Notes: generated by a model not told the origin, from the sequence alone. Counted from the stretch's first letter, positions 34,463 to 48,649 are shown. The stretch: 64,000 nt of DNA from Macrostomum lignano (GCA_002269645.1 NIVC01001199.1:1-64000), one strand, 5' to 3'. A program made the numbers and translations.

Positions 34463-35469
34463 GCTGATGGCGTCTTGAAATTGTTCTGCTTACAAGATAT
34501 GATGCTTGATACAATAAATAGACGATTGTTTTCTTGGCATCGGTTAAAGGTGTTTAGTCATCATTTTATGTCATTTTATGAAGCGAAAGGCAGTTAGAAT
34601 ATTATGCAGCAGAATCTGTATTTGCGAGTTAAACTGATTTTCACTGGTACTATTATTTACAGCACTTGAGTTAATATTATTAAATGTACTTTTACTGTCG
34701 AACTGCATGTCAGTGTCAACCTGGCTTTACTCTGGTTTGGTGCACTTTCAGGGTTAATCTTGTCGTTAGATTATTGCGATTACGTAATAATGTGTTAGAT
34801 TGGTCTGGTCATAGCTGTACTGCGCTAATTCATTCCTTGTGTGTAATTCTCCTTTGTCTCTCTGGTGCCCAAGCCGTACGCTATCTAACGCTACACTACT
34901 TACACTTTTATTATTAAGTTAGTAGTCAGATGCGACTATTGTGATGATTTTATAAACCCGACTGATCCTCTGTCATTTTTACACGGCATTTTTCTTTTGT
35001 CTCGCTGAAGTTTTAACCCCAGCCTGATGTGTTATTGATTTAAGTAATATTATTAACCTAATTATTATCCTGTTGCCAATATGAACATAGATTATGGATT
35101 TACCGTTCTGGTGGCTTGATTTTCTTACCGCACTATTTATAATTTAATGTTTTTCATTTTTTATTAGAATTTGAATAACAATAATATTGAATTTTGATTT
35201 GTTCTTCCACATCGAGTCAAATATACATATTCATTTTCGTTATATAATAACCTGAAGCTCTGCACTGACGCAATCTTTATATGAATGCTGCTACAGTTTT
35301 TAGATATATAAGCACGTGAGTTTTTTTTATTTTTATTAACAATTAATCAAGCTGCTGGCACTCGCACATACATCTGATGCCTCAATAATCTTGCATGTAT
35401 GTCTGTCTCTGTTCCTGCTTTCTCGTTTCTTTAGTTTCTTTCTTTCAAAAGTGTGTCTAAATACGCCAC

Positions 35470-36100
35470 CGACAGCATTTTTATGGCGCCATTGACAGGA
35501 TCATTAAGACACCATTGACAGCACCTTCAAGACGCCGCCGACAGACAACACCTTTAAGACGCCACCAAAAGCACCTTGAAAACGCCATTGACAGCACTCT
35601 TAGGACGCCACCAACAGCACTCTTAAGACGCCACCAACAGCACTCTTAAGACGCCACTAATAGTACCCTAAAGACGCCACCAACAGCACCATTGAGACGC
35701 CACCAACAGCACTCTTAAGACGCCACCAACAGCACTCTTAAGACGCCACCAACAGCACCCTTGAGACGCCACCAACGGCACCCTTAAGACGCCGCCAACA
35801 GCACTCTTAAGACGCCACTAATAGTACCCTAAAGACGCCACCAACAGCACCCTTGAGACGCCACCAACAGCACCCTTGAGACGCCACCAACAGCACCCTT
35901 GAGACGCCACCAACAGCACCCTTGAGACGCCACCAACAGCACCCTTGAGACGCCACCAACAGCAATCTTAAGACGTCACAAACAGCACTCTTAAGACGCC
36001 ACCAACAGCACTCTTAAGACGCCACCAACAGCACCCTTAAGACGCCACCAACAGCACTCTTTAGACGCCACCAACAGCACCTTTAAGACGCCACTGACAA
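35470..36100. repeat. 23-bp minisatellite gacgccaccaacagcactcttaa
   Basis: About 25 copies. Confidence 0.95.
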
Positions 36101-36875
36101 CACTCAATACTCTCATCAACGCCCATATAGGCGGCACCAACAAACGAAGCCCTTAAAGTCGACAGCCAATCTCGTTTTAAACGAATCTTCAAGCAGAGAC
36201 TAATAAGTCGCTGGCATCGTAGCCCGAGGCTCATACCAACGCTGCTGCAGCATACTGAGTACACAGGCCCAGCAACCACAGCTATATTTCAGTCCGAGTG
36301 AAGTGGCGGTGCGTCTTATATAAAATTTATTATAATGGAATTATAATAAATTTGCAATTTGGATTGTATGCCGCGAGTACGCCTTTGCCATTAGCAAAAA
36401 TAGATGAGATTGAAACTTCAAAGACTGTCGTATTGCATTGTTATTGCTGCTCGAGCTCGATCCATGCTTCTCAAGGGACCGAGCGAGAATATACAACTCG
36501 GTCATAAAACTGTCTCTTTATGCGCGCCGAGAGAAAGGAGCTGTTAAGAGGCTCTGGCCGCCGCCCACACCCTCGTAACGGCTGGCTGTCCCAGGTGTGA
36601 AGAATATTATAAGACTACGTAATAATATGGATATGATAGATCGTAAATGCATGCTTTTTAAAGCAGGCCGCAACATGGATTGCTGCTTGAGGCTCGAGTT
36701 CTGTGTGTTGCGCGATCTCTTCTCTGAAGCTTTGGTGGCGTTTAATCGGCAGGATTTTCAAATCTGTTCACTCACTCTAAGAGGAGGTTCGGTCACTCTC
36801 GAGAGTTACTTTCACTCTCTCTAAAGGTAACTGTCACTCTCAAAGGTCACTTTCACTCCCTCCAAAGGTACTCTC

Positions 36876-37242
36876 TTTATTATTTTTTTATTAGAGGCAG
36901 GGGGTTGTGTGCACCCTGGCGCACTTTAAGCGACATAGGCACACAACCGGCGAGAGGTATTACTGCCCATTCCGCCGACTCCCCTGAGCAGGCACACAAG
37001 CGCGCGGATACGTACGCAGGCACACACTCACACAGGAGTGTATAGCGGCCCTAACTTTATTTTATCGTTAGGCATGTACACTTCACTGCGCCTTGGGGGG
37101 GTTGGCTCTCAAGGCCGTTAATTGCACGAGCAGAGCCAAGCCGAGATTCCAATTCAGCCCCAAATTAATGCGACTGCACTTGGAATCGAGCCTGGGTCGC
37201 TGGCACACCAGAGCAGCTGCGCTACCGCTGGGCTACGGCCCC
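36876..37242 (-). mobile_element. Full-length SINE family B, copy 2
   Basis: Reverse complement starts GGGGCCGTAGCCCAGCGGTAGCGC, with B-box-like GGCTCGATTCC and an A-rich tail. 12-bp TSD aaaggtactctc at 36864-36875 and 37245-37256. Confidence 0.88.
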
Positions 37243-38015
37243 TTAAAGGTACTCTCACTCTCGAATGTTACTAATTCAATTCTTCTAAGGGTACTGTCAT
37301 TCTCTAAGGTTACTTTCACTCCCTCTAAGGGTACTGTCACTGTTCATCAATGGGTACTGCTATTAGAGGGAGAGTGATAGTACGCTTTACTCTCCTAATA
37401 GGGTTTCTGGCACTTCTAATAGGAGTTCTGTCACTCTTCTTCTAAGTGTACCACATACACGAAGGTGTCTGTAATACTCGCTCCATAAAAATGCACATCT
37501 ATAGAGACACCTCCGCATTTTGCGTCTTAATAATTCACCTTTTTTCTACTCTTCCATCTATAGCCATTCCTCTTTATGTCTGATATATGACCAGCTGTCA
37601 CAGAAAAACTGGACCTTCTTATTCTTCTTCCGAAATGCAAATAGCGGTATCTCTTTAATCTTATACTCTGACTCCGAGGGTGAATATTAATTCAAGACAA
37701 ATACACTTGTATGAGATATGGAAATATCAAAGCGGCCGCACTGAAGGGTAGCTACCCTGATAATTTTCATTGGTTGGTTTTCTATTAATATTTTGCCAGA
37801 ACTATAGTCTAGTGTGCTACAAAAATATGCTTTTTAACTATTATTGAGTACAGTACGCATGGACGCTGCAGTGGCTGCAATACAAAATGAGAAACTGCTT
37901 TATTGTTATTAAGGGAGGGGTGGCAGCTTTGGTAAGGAGGAACAGGGGGCCTACTTACTCTAGACAGACTTGGCGTCTTGGAATCTCAGCTTGTCTTTTA
38001 GTTTCATGCAACTGG

Positions 38016-38768
38016 CAGGGGCGTCGCCATGGATTTTATTGTGGGGGGGTGGGGGACAAGGCCAACAATTCTACATGCACATGACTAAATTCCTACATGT
38101 ACATTATTTTTAGAATCGGTGTTGTCAGTGCTCATTTTAGCACCGCAGGCACTCATTTTGGCGCCGCATGCACTCATTTTAGCGCCGCAGGCACTCATTT
38201 TGGCGCCGCAGCCATTCATTTTGTCGCCGTAGGCACTCATTTTGGCGCGACAGGCACTCATTTTAGCGCCGTAGGCACTCATTTTAGCGCCGCAGGCACT
38301 CATTTTAGCGCCGCAGGCACTCATTTTAGCGCCGCAGGCACTCATTTTTAGCGCCGTAGGTACTCATTTTGGCGCCGCAGGCTTTTATTTAGCGCCGCAG
38401 GCACTCATTTTGGCGCCGCAGGCTTTTATTTAGCGCCGCAGGCACTCATTTTGGCGCCGCAGGCTTTTATTTAGCGCCGCAGGCACTCATTTTAGCGCCG
38501 CAGGCACTCATTTTAGCGCCGCAGGCACTCATTTTGGCGCCGCAGGCACTCATTTTGGCGCCGCAGGCACTCATTTTGGCGCCGCAGGCACTCATTTTAG
38601 CGCCGCAGGCACTCATTTTAGCGCCGCAGGCTTTTATTTAGCGCCGCAGGCATTCATTTTGGTGCCACAGGGGGGCTATTTTTGTCACTCTGCAGCAAAA
38701 TTATTGATTTCCATAAAGGGTCACAAGGTGGGGTGGGGGGACATGTCCCCCTGTTCCCGACGCCCCTG
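38016..38768. mobile_element. Putative non-autonomous TIR element (hAT-like ends) carrying an internal minisatellite
   Basis: 11-bp inverted termini CAGGGGCGTCG / CGACGCCCCTG and G-rich subtermini with gggggaca at both ends. No TSD retained. Confidence 0.55.
38128..38665. repeat. 21-bp minisatellite gcactcattttagcgccgcag
   Basis: About 25 copies. Confidence 0.95.
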
Positions 38769-38949
38769 ATAAGTAGTCAAACCTGTTTTTCTTTTGCATT
38801 TACTGCTGGATTTAATTTTTAAGCTTGGAATATGGCAATATTATCAATGGATTGTTACAAATACGAGTGAGTCGAGTGACGGAGCTACGGGAGGTGCGAG
38901 GGAGAGATTGTACGGTCGTTGTTAATAGGTCTGAGGTCTGAAAGTGGAG

Positions 38950-39270
38950 AAGAGAGGAGTGAGAGGAGAAACTGGGGAGAGAGTGGAGACAGGTAAGAAA
39001 TGAAGCTTAAGAGATGAGAGAGGGGAGGGGAGAGAGGAAATGAGAAAGGAGGGAGCGGAAAGAGGAGGGAGGAGGGAAGAGAGAGGAGAAAGGAGAGAGG
39101 AGATGAGAAAGGAGGGAGGAGAGAGGAGAGGAGGAGGAGAGAGGTGAGAGAAGAGATGAGAAAGGAGGGAGGAGAGAGAGGAGAGAGGAGTGAGGAGAGA
39201 AGAGAGGAAGCAGGAAAGAGAAGAAAGGTGAGGAGGAGAGGAGATATGGTAGAGTGGAGAGAAGAGAGAA
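38950..39270. repeat. Purine-rich (GA) low-complexity tract
   Basis: Almost pure G/A. Confidence 0.85.
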
Positions 39271-39805
39271 GAGTACTGAGATACTTAAAAAGAAAGTGTT
39301 TAATTAAAAGAGTGAAAGATATAAAACTGATCAGGGCAACAGCTTCAGAACAAATGTGTTAATTGCAGCGAAATCTGATTATCATTCTGTTCCCTGACCT
39401 AGAAAAGATTGAGGAATCCAGGGTACGGGAATTTCGTGATTCAACAGCAATGAAAGTTTGCCCGCTTATGCGATATCCGGCACGTACCCAGCAGGCGGGG
39501 CTGCACCTGCATAAGTCCTTAATTACTTTGTTGCAGTTCCGTATCGAACTGAAACCGGGACAAATTGTTTTAACTTGCTAACCCCGCTGGCACGCTTTAA
39601 ATTCAATTGATTCGTCCCTGACTCCCTGTCTTAACTATTATCCCATATTTTCTCCAACCAGCAGATTCCCCTATTATTGAACTCTTACCAAATCCCATAA
39701 AACTCAACTCTGCTCATTGCTTTGCAATAAATCATGGACTTCTGAGCGGAAAATCTGGACTGGACTAGCTGCTGCGTGACCTAGGTTCTTTAACTTCTTT
39801 AGAAC

Positions 39806-40460
39806 CTGTTCTAGGCTGTTCTAGGCTGTTCTAGGCTGTTCTAGGCTGTTCTAGGCTGTTCTAGGCTGTTCTAGGCTGTTCTAGGCTGTTCTAGGCTGTT
39901 CTAGGCTGTTCTAGGCTGTTCTAGGCTGTTCTAGGCTGTTCTAGGCTGTTCTAGGCTGTTCTAGGCTGTTCTAGGCTGTTCTAGGCTGTTCTAGGCTGTT
40001 CTAGGCTGTTCTAGGCTGTTCTAGGCTGTTCTAGGCTGTTCTAAGCTGTTCTAGGCTGTTCTAGGCTGTTCTAGGCTGTTCTAGGCTGTTCTAGGCTGTT
40101 CTTAGGCGCCACTCTAGACGCTATTCTAGGCGCCATTCTAGGTGCTATTCTAGGCGCCGTTCTAGACGCTATTCTAGGCGCCATTCTAGGTGCTATTCTA
40201 GGCGCCGTTCTAGGTGCCGTTCTAGGCGCCGTTCTAGACGCTATTCTAGGCGCCATTCTAGGTGTTATTCTAGGCGCCGTTCTAGGCGCCGTTCTAGGCG
40301 CCGTTCTAGGCGCCGTTCTAGGCGCCGTTCTAGGCGCCGTTCTAGGCGCCGTTCTAGGCGCCGTTCTAGGCGCCGTTCTAGGCGCAGTTCTAGGTGCCGT
40401 TCTAGGCGCCGTTCTATGTGCTCTTCTAGGCGCCGTTCTACACGTATTCTAGGCGCCGCC
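39806..40460. repeat. Abutting arrays (ctaggctgtt)n then (ctaggcgccgtt)n
   Basis: 10-bp unit x ~30 to 40101, followed by a related 12-bp unit. Confidence 0.95.
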
Positions 40461-40967
40461 TAAGCACCCACAATGACTTACCTGCTTTTTCCAGTTTCTT
40501 AGTATCCATTTACTATGTTTTGCGGTCCTTAAACTGAAATAAACGCAGAGTTGGCCAACTGACTTTTGGATTGAGACCACCCAGCCTAAGTCTCTGGCGT
40601 TTCTGTATCGAGCAGTGCCCCTCTAATTTACGAGTATATTTATGCCATATGCAATTTCTCAATGGCAGTTTTATTAGCATTCTGAATGTCCCTCATGTGT
40701 GCTAAACTGTAAATACCCCTGCAGTAACAGAGCGTTTGTTTAGCAGTAAATAATAATCCAATATTGACTATCAACATGAGGGCGCCCAGGCTTCAGTTGC
40801 TGACTATAGAAATCTCTGATAAAATGAGCAACAGGGTTACTATCGGCTCTGCGGACCGTGCTGGTCTACTTTTTAATTGGAGCACGTGTGAACCTGCTAG
40901 CGGATGGGAATCCATTATTCAGCTGGTTCCACTGTCAGATCTGTTTTTGGAATACTTAACTCTCCAT

Positions 40968-42060
40968 CTCACTCTCACTCTCACTCTCAGTTTCCCTTTC
41001 AATCTCACTCTCACCCTCACTCTCAGTTTCCCTCTCAATCTCACTCTCACTCTCTCTCAATCTCACTCTCACTCTCACTCTCAGTTTCCCTTTCAATCTC
41101 ACTCTCACTCTCACTCTCAGTTTCCCTTTCAATCTCACTCTCAACCTCACTCTCAGTTTCCCTCTCAATCTCACTCTCACTCCCACTCTCAGTTTCCCTC
41201 TCAATCTCACTCTCACTCTCACTCTCAGTTTCCCTCTCAATCTCACTCTCACTCCCACTCTCAGTTTCCCTCTCAATCTCACTCTCACTCTCACTCTCAG
41301 TTTCCCTCTCAATCTCACTCTCACTCTCACTCTCAGTTTCCCTCTCAATCTCACTCTCACTCTCACTCTCAGTTTCCCTCTCAATCTCACTCTCACTCCC
41401 ACTCTCAGTTTCCCTCTCAATCTCACTCTCACTCCCACTCTCAGTTTCCCTCTCAATCTCACTCTCACTCTCACTCTCAGTTTCCCTCTCAATCTCACTC
41501 TCACTCTCACTCTCAGTTTCCCTCTCAATCTCACTCTCACTCCCACTCTCAGTTTCCCTCTCAATCTCACTCTCACTCTCAGTTTCCCTCTCAATCTCAC
41601 TCTCACTCTCACTCTCAGTTTCCCTCTCAATTTCACTCTCACTCTCACTCTCAGTTTCCCTCTCAATTTCACTCTCACTCTCACTCTCAGTTTCCCTTTC
41701 AATCTCACTCTCACTCTCACTCTCAGTTTCCCTCTCAATTTCACTCTCACTCTCACTCTCAGTTTCCCTCTCAATTTCACTCTCACTCTCACTCTCAGTT
41801 TCCCTCTCAATTTCACTCTCACTCTCACTCTCAGTTTCCCTCTCAATTTCACTCTCACTCTCACTCTCAGTTTCCCTTTCAATCTCACTCTCACTCTCAC
41901 TCTCTCTCAATCTCACTCTCACTCTCAGTTTCCCTCTCAATTTCACTCTCACTCTCAGTTTCCCTCTCAATTTCACTCTCACTCTCACTTTCAATCTCAT
42001 TCTCATTATCTCATTCTCACTCACTCTCTCAATCTAAATCTCACTGCCACTGTCACTGTC
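40968..42060. repeat. 36-bp array built from ctcact hexamers
   Basis: Unit (ctcact)x3-ctcagtttccctctcaat. It is the source of spurious long ORFs on both strands. Confidence 0.95.
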
Positions 42061-42696
42061 ACCCTCTCATTGTCTCAATCCCACTCTGACCTCTAATCTC
42101 GCTCACTTGTGACATCTCTTCTCTCAACTATAAAATTGTATTTCGATTTTGGTTTCAATTTTCAGTTGCCTGGAGTGGTTCTCAATCTACTATTCCAATA
42201 TAGTATGCACTTAGAATTTTTGATTGTCACAAAAACATCAGTAAAACATTGCGCCTTATTATCCTTTATACCATTTACCACTATTTTCTTTATAGTCTGA
42301 TATTTCCATTTAAACTATTCCCGCTGACGGCTAAGCGCGTGAGCAATGCTGTTACCATATTTATAGAGAAACAGGAGCCCTAATCTACCCAGGCAATTGT
42401 TTATCTTAACCAGCGGGAGAACGCAACAGGTGCGATACATGCAAGCACAGTCTTGGCCATAGACTATAGCGTCAGAACAGCGGGTGAGGATCGACTCAAC
42501 GCTGGCGGTGACATGGTGCCAGAGAAATGAAAACAATAATTGTCAATAGGCAAGGCGCCAGTACACCTTGATGTCACACTGTCAAACCATGCGGGTTTGA
42601 AGTGGATGAAAGAGAAAAGTCTGATGGGCTTCTAATTCTGCTTTTCAAAATAAGGTACGTCCGTCAGGTAAGAAATGTGATGTAAGCATTAAAAAA

Positions 42697-43402
42697 GTGC
42701 CAGAGAAGCGCCAGAGAAGAGCCACAAAAGCGCCAGAAATATCCCAGAGAAGCGCCAGAAAGACCCTGAAAAAAAGCGCGAGAGAAGCGCCAGAGAAGCG
42801 TCAAAGAAGCGCCAGAAAAACCCCAAAGAAGCCCCACAGAAGTGCCAGAAAAGCGCCAGAAATATCCCAGAGAAGCGCCAGAAAAGCGCCAGAGAAGCCC
42901 CGCAGAAGCGCCAGAGAAGCGCCAGAGAAGCGTCAAAGAAGCGCCAGAAAAACCCCAAAGAAGCCCCACAGAAGTGCCAGAAAAGCGCCAGAGAAGCGCC
43001 AGAGAAGCGCCAGAGAAGCGCCAGAGAAGCGCCAGAGAAGCGCCAGAGAAGCGCCAGAGAAGCGCCAGAGAAGCGCCAGAGAAGCGCCAGAGAAGCGCCA
43101 GAGAAGCGCCAGAGAAGCGCCAGAGAAGCGCCAGAGAAGCGCCAGAGAAGCGCCAGAGAAGCGCCAGAGAAGCGCCAGAGAAGCGCCAGAGAAGCGCCAG
43201 AGAAGCGCCAGAGAAGCGCCAGAGAAGCGCCAGAGAAGCGCCAGAGAAGCGCCAGAGAAGCGCCAGAGAAGCGCCAGAGAAGCGCCAGAGAAGCGCCAGA
43301 GAAGCGCCAGAGAAGCGCCAGAGAAGCGCCAGAGAAGCGCCAGAGAAGCGCCAGAGAAGCGCCAGAGAAGCACCAGAGAAGCGCCATAGAAGCGCCAGAG
43401 AA
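42697..43402. repeat. 11-bp array agcgccagaga
   Basis: Homogeneous core 42985-43370 with degenerate edges. Confidence 0.95.
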
Positions 43403-44387
43403 GACGCCTTGATGACGACAGGAAAGTGTCATAACTGCGTGGACTAGAGCCACTAAGATGATCTATGTTAATCGCATTCATTTAATGCGGCCCCACCAGT
43501 AAGACGCGCCGCCCCAAAAACTTATTGACACCTTCAGCCACTTCAGAACTGACGGTCCCAAATCTCGGGGGCTGGCACTCTTTAGTCGCCACCCATTCAG
43601 GCGTGAAAGGAACAAGTCGTATTAAAAATAAGACAGTATATAGTGGCAACACACACAGTTTCCTGCAGGCCCTATTTGAGCACAGAGCACAGACTCAAGC
43701 TCTGCAGCACTGGCTAAATCACACCCCTCCTTCACACTCTTCTTTCTGACGAGCCACTTATTCGCACAGGGGAAGAATTGGCGATAAATTAAAGAGAAAG
43801 AGAGAGCGAAGAGAGACTTGAAAATGGGGGGAGGTCCGAGCAGTTGACAAAACATTTCTAAACGATGAGTGAGCCGAGACCAGTTGCCACCCAGTGAGGT
43901 GAGGGGGGGAGACCCTTGAAAACTCATTGCAGCACCCGGCAGTCTCTATTGCCAGCGAATGAAAAGATTTCAAGAAAAAATAGATAGAAAAGTTGAGTGG
44001 AGGGGGTGGCTGCAGACACTCGCGGGCGCCAGGCTGTCTGGCGGAATTCCTGCAGGCTGCCATGAGCCAAGCTCTAGCCTAAGTTTTTTCTGTGTATTAA
44101 GCTCAGCCCAAGCTGCCCCAGGCTTGCTCAGCATAACTCAGAATCGTAACTTTAGCTCAAGAATATTGAGTTCGATCTAATGAAGCTATTATTGAGTACA
44201 AGTATTTAGATTAGAGTTTATCTTCTGCTATTTGAAATTTTCGTAAAAATTGACAAGGGGTAAGTTTAACTGAAAAATTTAATTAATTTGTTTCTTTATT
44301 TAATTCACTTCACTGTACAGTGCAATTATATAGTTTACTGATATTGGCCACGTCTCAAGTCATCACGTGACCCAGATTGGCCCACTG

Positions 44388-45290
44388 ACCCATCACTAAT
44401 CCTCCTGACCCATCGCCGATCCTCCTGACCCATCGCCGATCCTCCTGACCCATTTCTAATCCTCCTGACCCATTTCTAATTCTCCTGACCCACCATCAAT
44501 TCTCCTGACCCATCATCAATCCTCCTGACCCATCACTAATCCTCCTGACCCATCATCAATCTTTCTGACCCGTCCCGATCCTCCTGGCCCATTACTGATC
44601 CTCCTGACCCATTAATGATCCTCCTGACCCATTACTGATCCTCCTGACCCATTACTGATCATCCTGACCCATTACTGATCCTCCTGACCCATTGCTGATC
44701 CTCCTGACCCATTACTGATCCTCCTGACCCATTACTGATCCTCCTGACCCATTACTGATCCTCCTGACCCATTACTGATCCTCCTGACCCATTACTGATC
44801 CTCCTGACCCATTACTGATCCTCCTGACCCATTACTGATCCTCCTGACCCATTGCTGATCCTCCTGACCCATTACTGATCCTTCTGACCCATTACTGATC
44901 CTCCTGACCCATTACTGATCCTCCTGACCCATTACTGATCCTCCTGACCCATTACTGATCCTCCTGACCCATTACTGATCCTCCTGACCCATTACTGATC
45001 CTCCTGACCCATTACTGATCCTCCTGACCCATTACTGATCCTCCTTACCCATTACTGATCCTCCTTACCCATTACTGATCCTCCTGACCCATCATCGATC
45101 CTCCTAACCTATCCCGATCCTTCTGACCCATTGATGATCCTTCTGACCCATCATCAATCCTCCTGACCCATAATCAATCCTTCTGACTTATCATCAATCC
45201 TCCTGACCCATCATCAATCCTCCTGACCCATTTCCGATTCTGCTAACCCACCATAAATCCTCCTGACCCATGCGTGATCCTCCTGACCCA
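44388..45290. repeat. 20-bp array ctcctgacccattactgatc
   Basis: About 45 copies. Confidence 0.95.
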
Positions 45291-46154
45291 GGAAAGCATT
45301 CAGTTTGATCACTCAGATTGAGCAGGCAACTTCGAGCACACTCTAGATTCCTCCCAGAGTGGCGACTCAACTCCCCAGTGAAGCGCACAGACTCTTAGTT
45401 GCCAACTCAAAGCCAAATTGCATCTGTATAAACACAGCATACTGGCACACACGCACGCATCAATGGTAGAATCCTTGGCTTTGGCCACTGTTTGCTGTGT
45501 GTCAGAAATTCAAATCGAATGACGGGGAGGGGTGGGGGGAGATGCATGCACGTTCGTGATGAGGCATGGCCGTCTGGCTCAACAAGTTTCTGTTTCAAAC
45601 GGCGCGCCGTTCCCTCGTGCAAGTTGCGCAAGGTCAGGACGTGTTTTTGTTGTCCATGCAACTCGCTACGTCCCCGTGCGACAGTGTTGCAGAACTTGGA
45701 GCCTCTTCAATGGCTTGGGTTTGTTGGCCTTCATGCATTTGGGTCTGAGGACATTGATCGGCACGATTGCATTGCTATAACTCCATTTATAAGTGGCCTG
45801 TCTGTGTTTGTATTTGAGCAGAGACTGCTCAGACCTTTTCTTCTTGTATTGCATGGGTCCGGTTCCTCCAACATGCATGCGGTAGCAAGCTGGCGTAGAA
45901 ACCAAGTCTGAGAGATTATAGTTAACAGTTTATTAGATCCGATGCAAAGAATCTGTCTTATTTAGAGCAGCTTAAAAGAATTACCTGTAAATTTAAGTAG
46001 CGGGTTTTATTCATCAGCTGAAACCGACTGCTCTTCAAGATTTTTTTGTTGGTTTATAGTAAGGTTTCTTATCGATAGAAACGAAAATCTACTTAGGAAA
46101 AAGTAGTATAGAGCGAGACATGTTCTGCAGTATATAGGAATTAATGCTTGGGAT

Positions 46155-46850
46155 GGGGAGAGAGGCAGATCAGGAGAGGGGAGAGAGGCAGATCAGGAGA
46201 GGGGAAAGAGGCAGGTCAGGAGAGGGGAAAGAGGCAGATCAGGAGAGGGGAAAGAGGCAGGTCAGGAGAGGGGAAAGAGGCAGGTCAGGAGAGGGGAGAG
46301 AGGCAGATCAGGAGAGGGGAGAGAGGCAGGTCAGGAGAGGGGAAAGAGGCAGATCAGGAGAGGGGAAAGAGGCAGGTCAGGAGAGGGGAGAGAGGCAGAT
46401 CAGGAGAGGGGAAAGAGGCAGGTCAGGAGAGGGGAGAGAGGCAGGTCAGGAGAGGGGAGAGAGGCAGATCAGGAGAGGGGAGAGAGGCAGATCAGGAGAG
46501 GGGAAAGAGGCAGGTCAGGAGAGGGGAAAGAGGCAGATCAGGAGAGGGGAGAGAGGCAGATCAGGAGAGGGGAGAGAGGCAGGTCAGGAGAGGGGAGAGA
46601 GGCAGATCAGGAGAGGGGAGAGAGGCAGATCAGGAGAGGGGAAAGAGGCAGGTCAGGAGAGGGGAAAGAGGCAGATCAGGAGAGGGGAGAGAGGCAGATC
46701 AGGAGAGGGGAAAGAGGCAGATCAGGAGAGGGGAAAGAGGCAGATCAGGAGAGGGGAGAGAGGCAGGTCAGGAGAGGGGAAAGAGGCAGATCAGGAGAGG
46801 GGAGAGAGGCAGATCAGGAGAGGGGAAAGAGGCAGCTCAGGAGAGACGGA
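46155..46850. repeat. 22-bp array gagaggcagatcaggagagggg
   Basis: About 31 copies. Confidence 0.95.
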
Positions 46851-47289
46851 GGTCAAGAAAGAGAATCCGGGAGGTCGGGGGCTCAAGTGTTCGTAGGCTG
46901 GGCCTTGAGCAGAATAATTAATAAAAAGACTGCTCCCACAATTCTCCTCGATCCTTATTCTTGTGCGCTGCAGGATGGCTAACAGGGGATTTACTGTCCT
47001 CACCCAACTCTCCCAATGCATGCAGAGTTGAAGAGGATAATTTTCCCCGGGCAGAGAGACGGTCGTGCCAGACGGTCAGTTTAGCTAATTTTGCCGCGGT
47101 ACAGCTCCCGTCCATGAGCCTCTCCTTTCCAGCGCTGTGAGAACTTCGATTCTGTACATCCCCCAGCCCTTTTTCGCCGTTGCAGATTTTGGTCGACTTT
47201 TTTCACCAACTCTCTGCATTTACCAGCTATTCCGCGTGTCTTTATTGTTTGTCTTTTCTGCTTTTTAAACTGATTTCCTGTCTAGGGAT

Positions 47290-48090
47290 CCCTTTTCCGC
47301 TCATTTTCCTCCCTTTTCCGCTCATTTTCCTCCCTTTTCCGCTCATTTTCCTCCCTTTTCCGCTCATTTTCCTCCCTTTTCCGCTCATTTTCCTCCCTTT
47401 TCCGCCCCTTCTCCTCCCTTTTCCGCTCCTTCTTATCCCTTTCCCGCTCCTTCTTATCCCTTTTCCGCTCCTTCTTATCCCTTTTCCGCCCCTTCTCTTC
47501 CCTTTTCCGCTCATTTTCCTCCCTTTCCGCTCCTTCTCCTCCCTCTTCCGCCCCTTCTCCTCCCTTTTCTGCCCCTTCTCCTCCCTTTTCCGCTCCTTCT
47601 TATCCCTTTCCCGCTCCTTCTTATCCCTTTTCCGCTCCTTCTTATCCCTTTTCCGCCCCTTCTCTTCCCTTTTCCGCTCATTTTCCTCCCTTTTCCGCTC
47701 CTTCTCCTCCCTCTTCCGCCCCTTCTCCTCCCTTTTCTGCCCCTTCTCCTCCCTCTTCCGCTCCTTCTTCTCCCTCTTCCGCCCCTTCTCTTCCCTTTTC
47801 CGCTCATTTTCCTCCCTTTTCCGCTCATTTTCCTCCCTTTTCCGCTCATTTTCCTCCCTTTTCCGCTCATTTTCCTCCCTTTTCCGCTCATTTTCCTCCC
47901 TTTTCCGCCCCTTCTCCTCCCTTTTCCGCTCATTTTCCTCCCTTTTCCGCTCATTTTCCTCCCTTTTCCGCCCCTTCTCCTCCCTTTTCCGCTCCTTCTT
48001 ATCCCTTTCCCGCTCCTTCTTATCCCTTTTCCGCTCCTTCTTATCCCTTTTCCGCTCCTTCTCCTCCTTTTTCCGCTCCTTCTCCGCTTC
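47290..48090. repeat. 21-bp pyrimidine array ttttccgctcattttcctccc
   Basis: About 38 copies. Confidence 0.95.
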
Positions 48091-48649
48091 CCTCTCGTTC
48101 GTGCAGTGAAAAGACGGCGATCGTAGTTTAAAGCCATCCCTTTTGATCCTGTCTATACAAGACTTTGCTAGCTATAATAACGCTTCATAGGCATACTTTT
48201 ACGTAACAATAATAGCTTTGAAAGTTGTTCAGTCGTCATATGGACCTGTCTAATTAATGCCTTTGATAAAATGAAGCATAAAAGTCAGCCAATTGCAGTC
48301 AAGCAGAACTCAACTATTTTGAGTTTCTCTGCCATTATATAGCAGAATTATTTATTAAGTCGCAGTCACTATGGTACACCATAAGAAAGCACGTGTCTCT
48401 ATCTAGTCAACTGTATGGTCTGAGAGCTAAAATTATATAAGTGCTAATTATCAATTGTCCATTGGTTTCGGAAGGCTTCAAACTAGTCTGACTTTTGACT
48501 TTCATCTATATATCTTTATGTTTTTTGTCTTTTCACCGATATCAGCTGTTTGGCATTAGAAACCAAGGCTACCCACCTCGAACGATGAACGAATTCTAGT
48601 GAATATGTCACTGTTTCTAATCCTATTCACCAACGTCTTTAATCTATGA

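Noticed and set aside
40764-43481. Long ORFs of 180-441 aa ([34 protein letters not shown])
   Set aside because: They are translations of 36-bp and 11-bp arrays, open on both strands, with no unique domain.
45385-45912. TIR element or transposase fragment
   Set aside because: Only a 6-bp inverted match (cagact/agtctg), no TSD, and no recognisable protein motif in any frame.
46144-48137. RG/ER-rich and F/L/P-rich ORFs
   Set aside because: Products of the 22-bp and 21-bp arrays.
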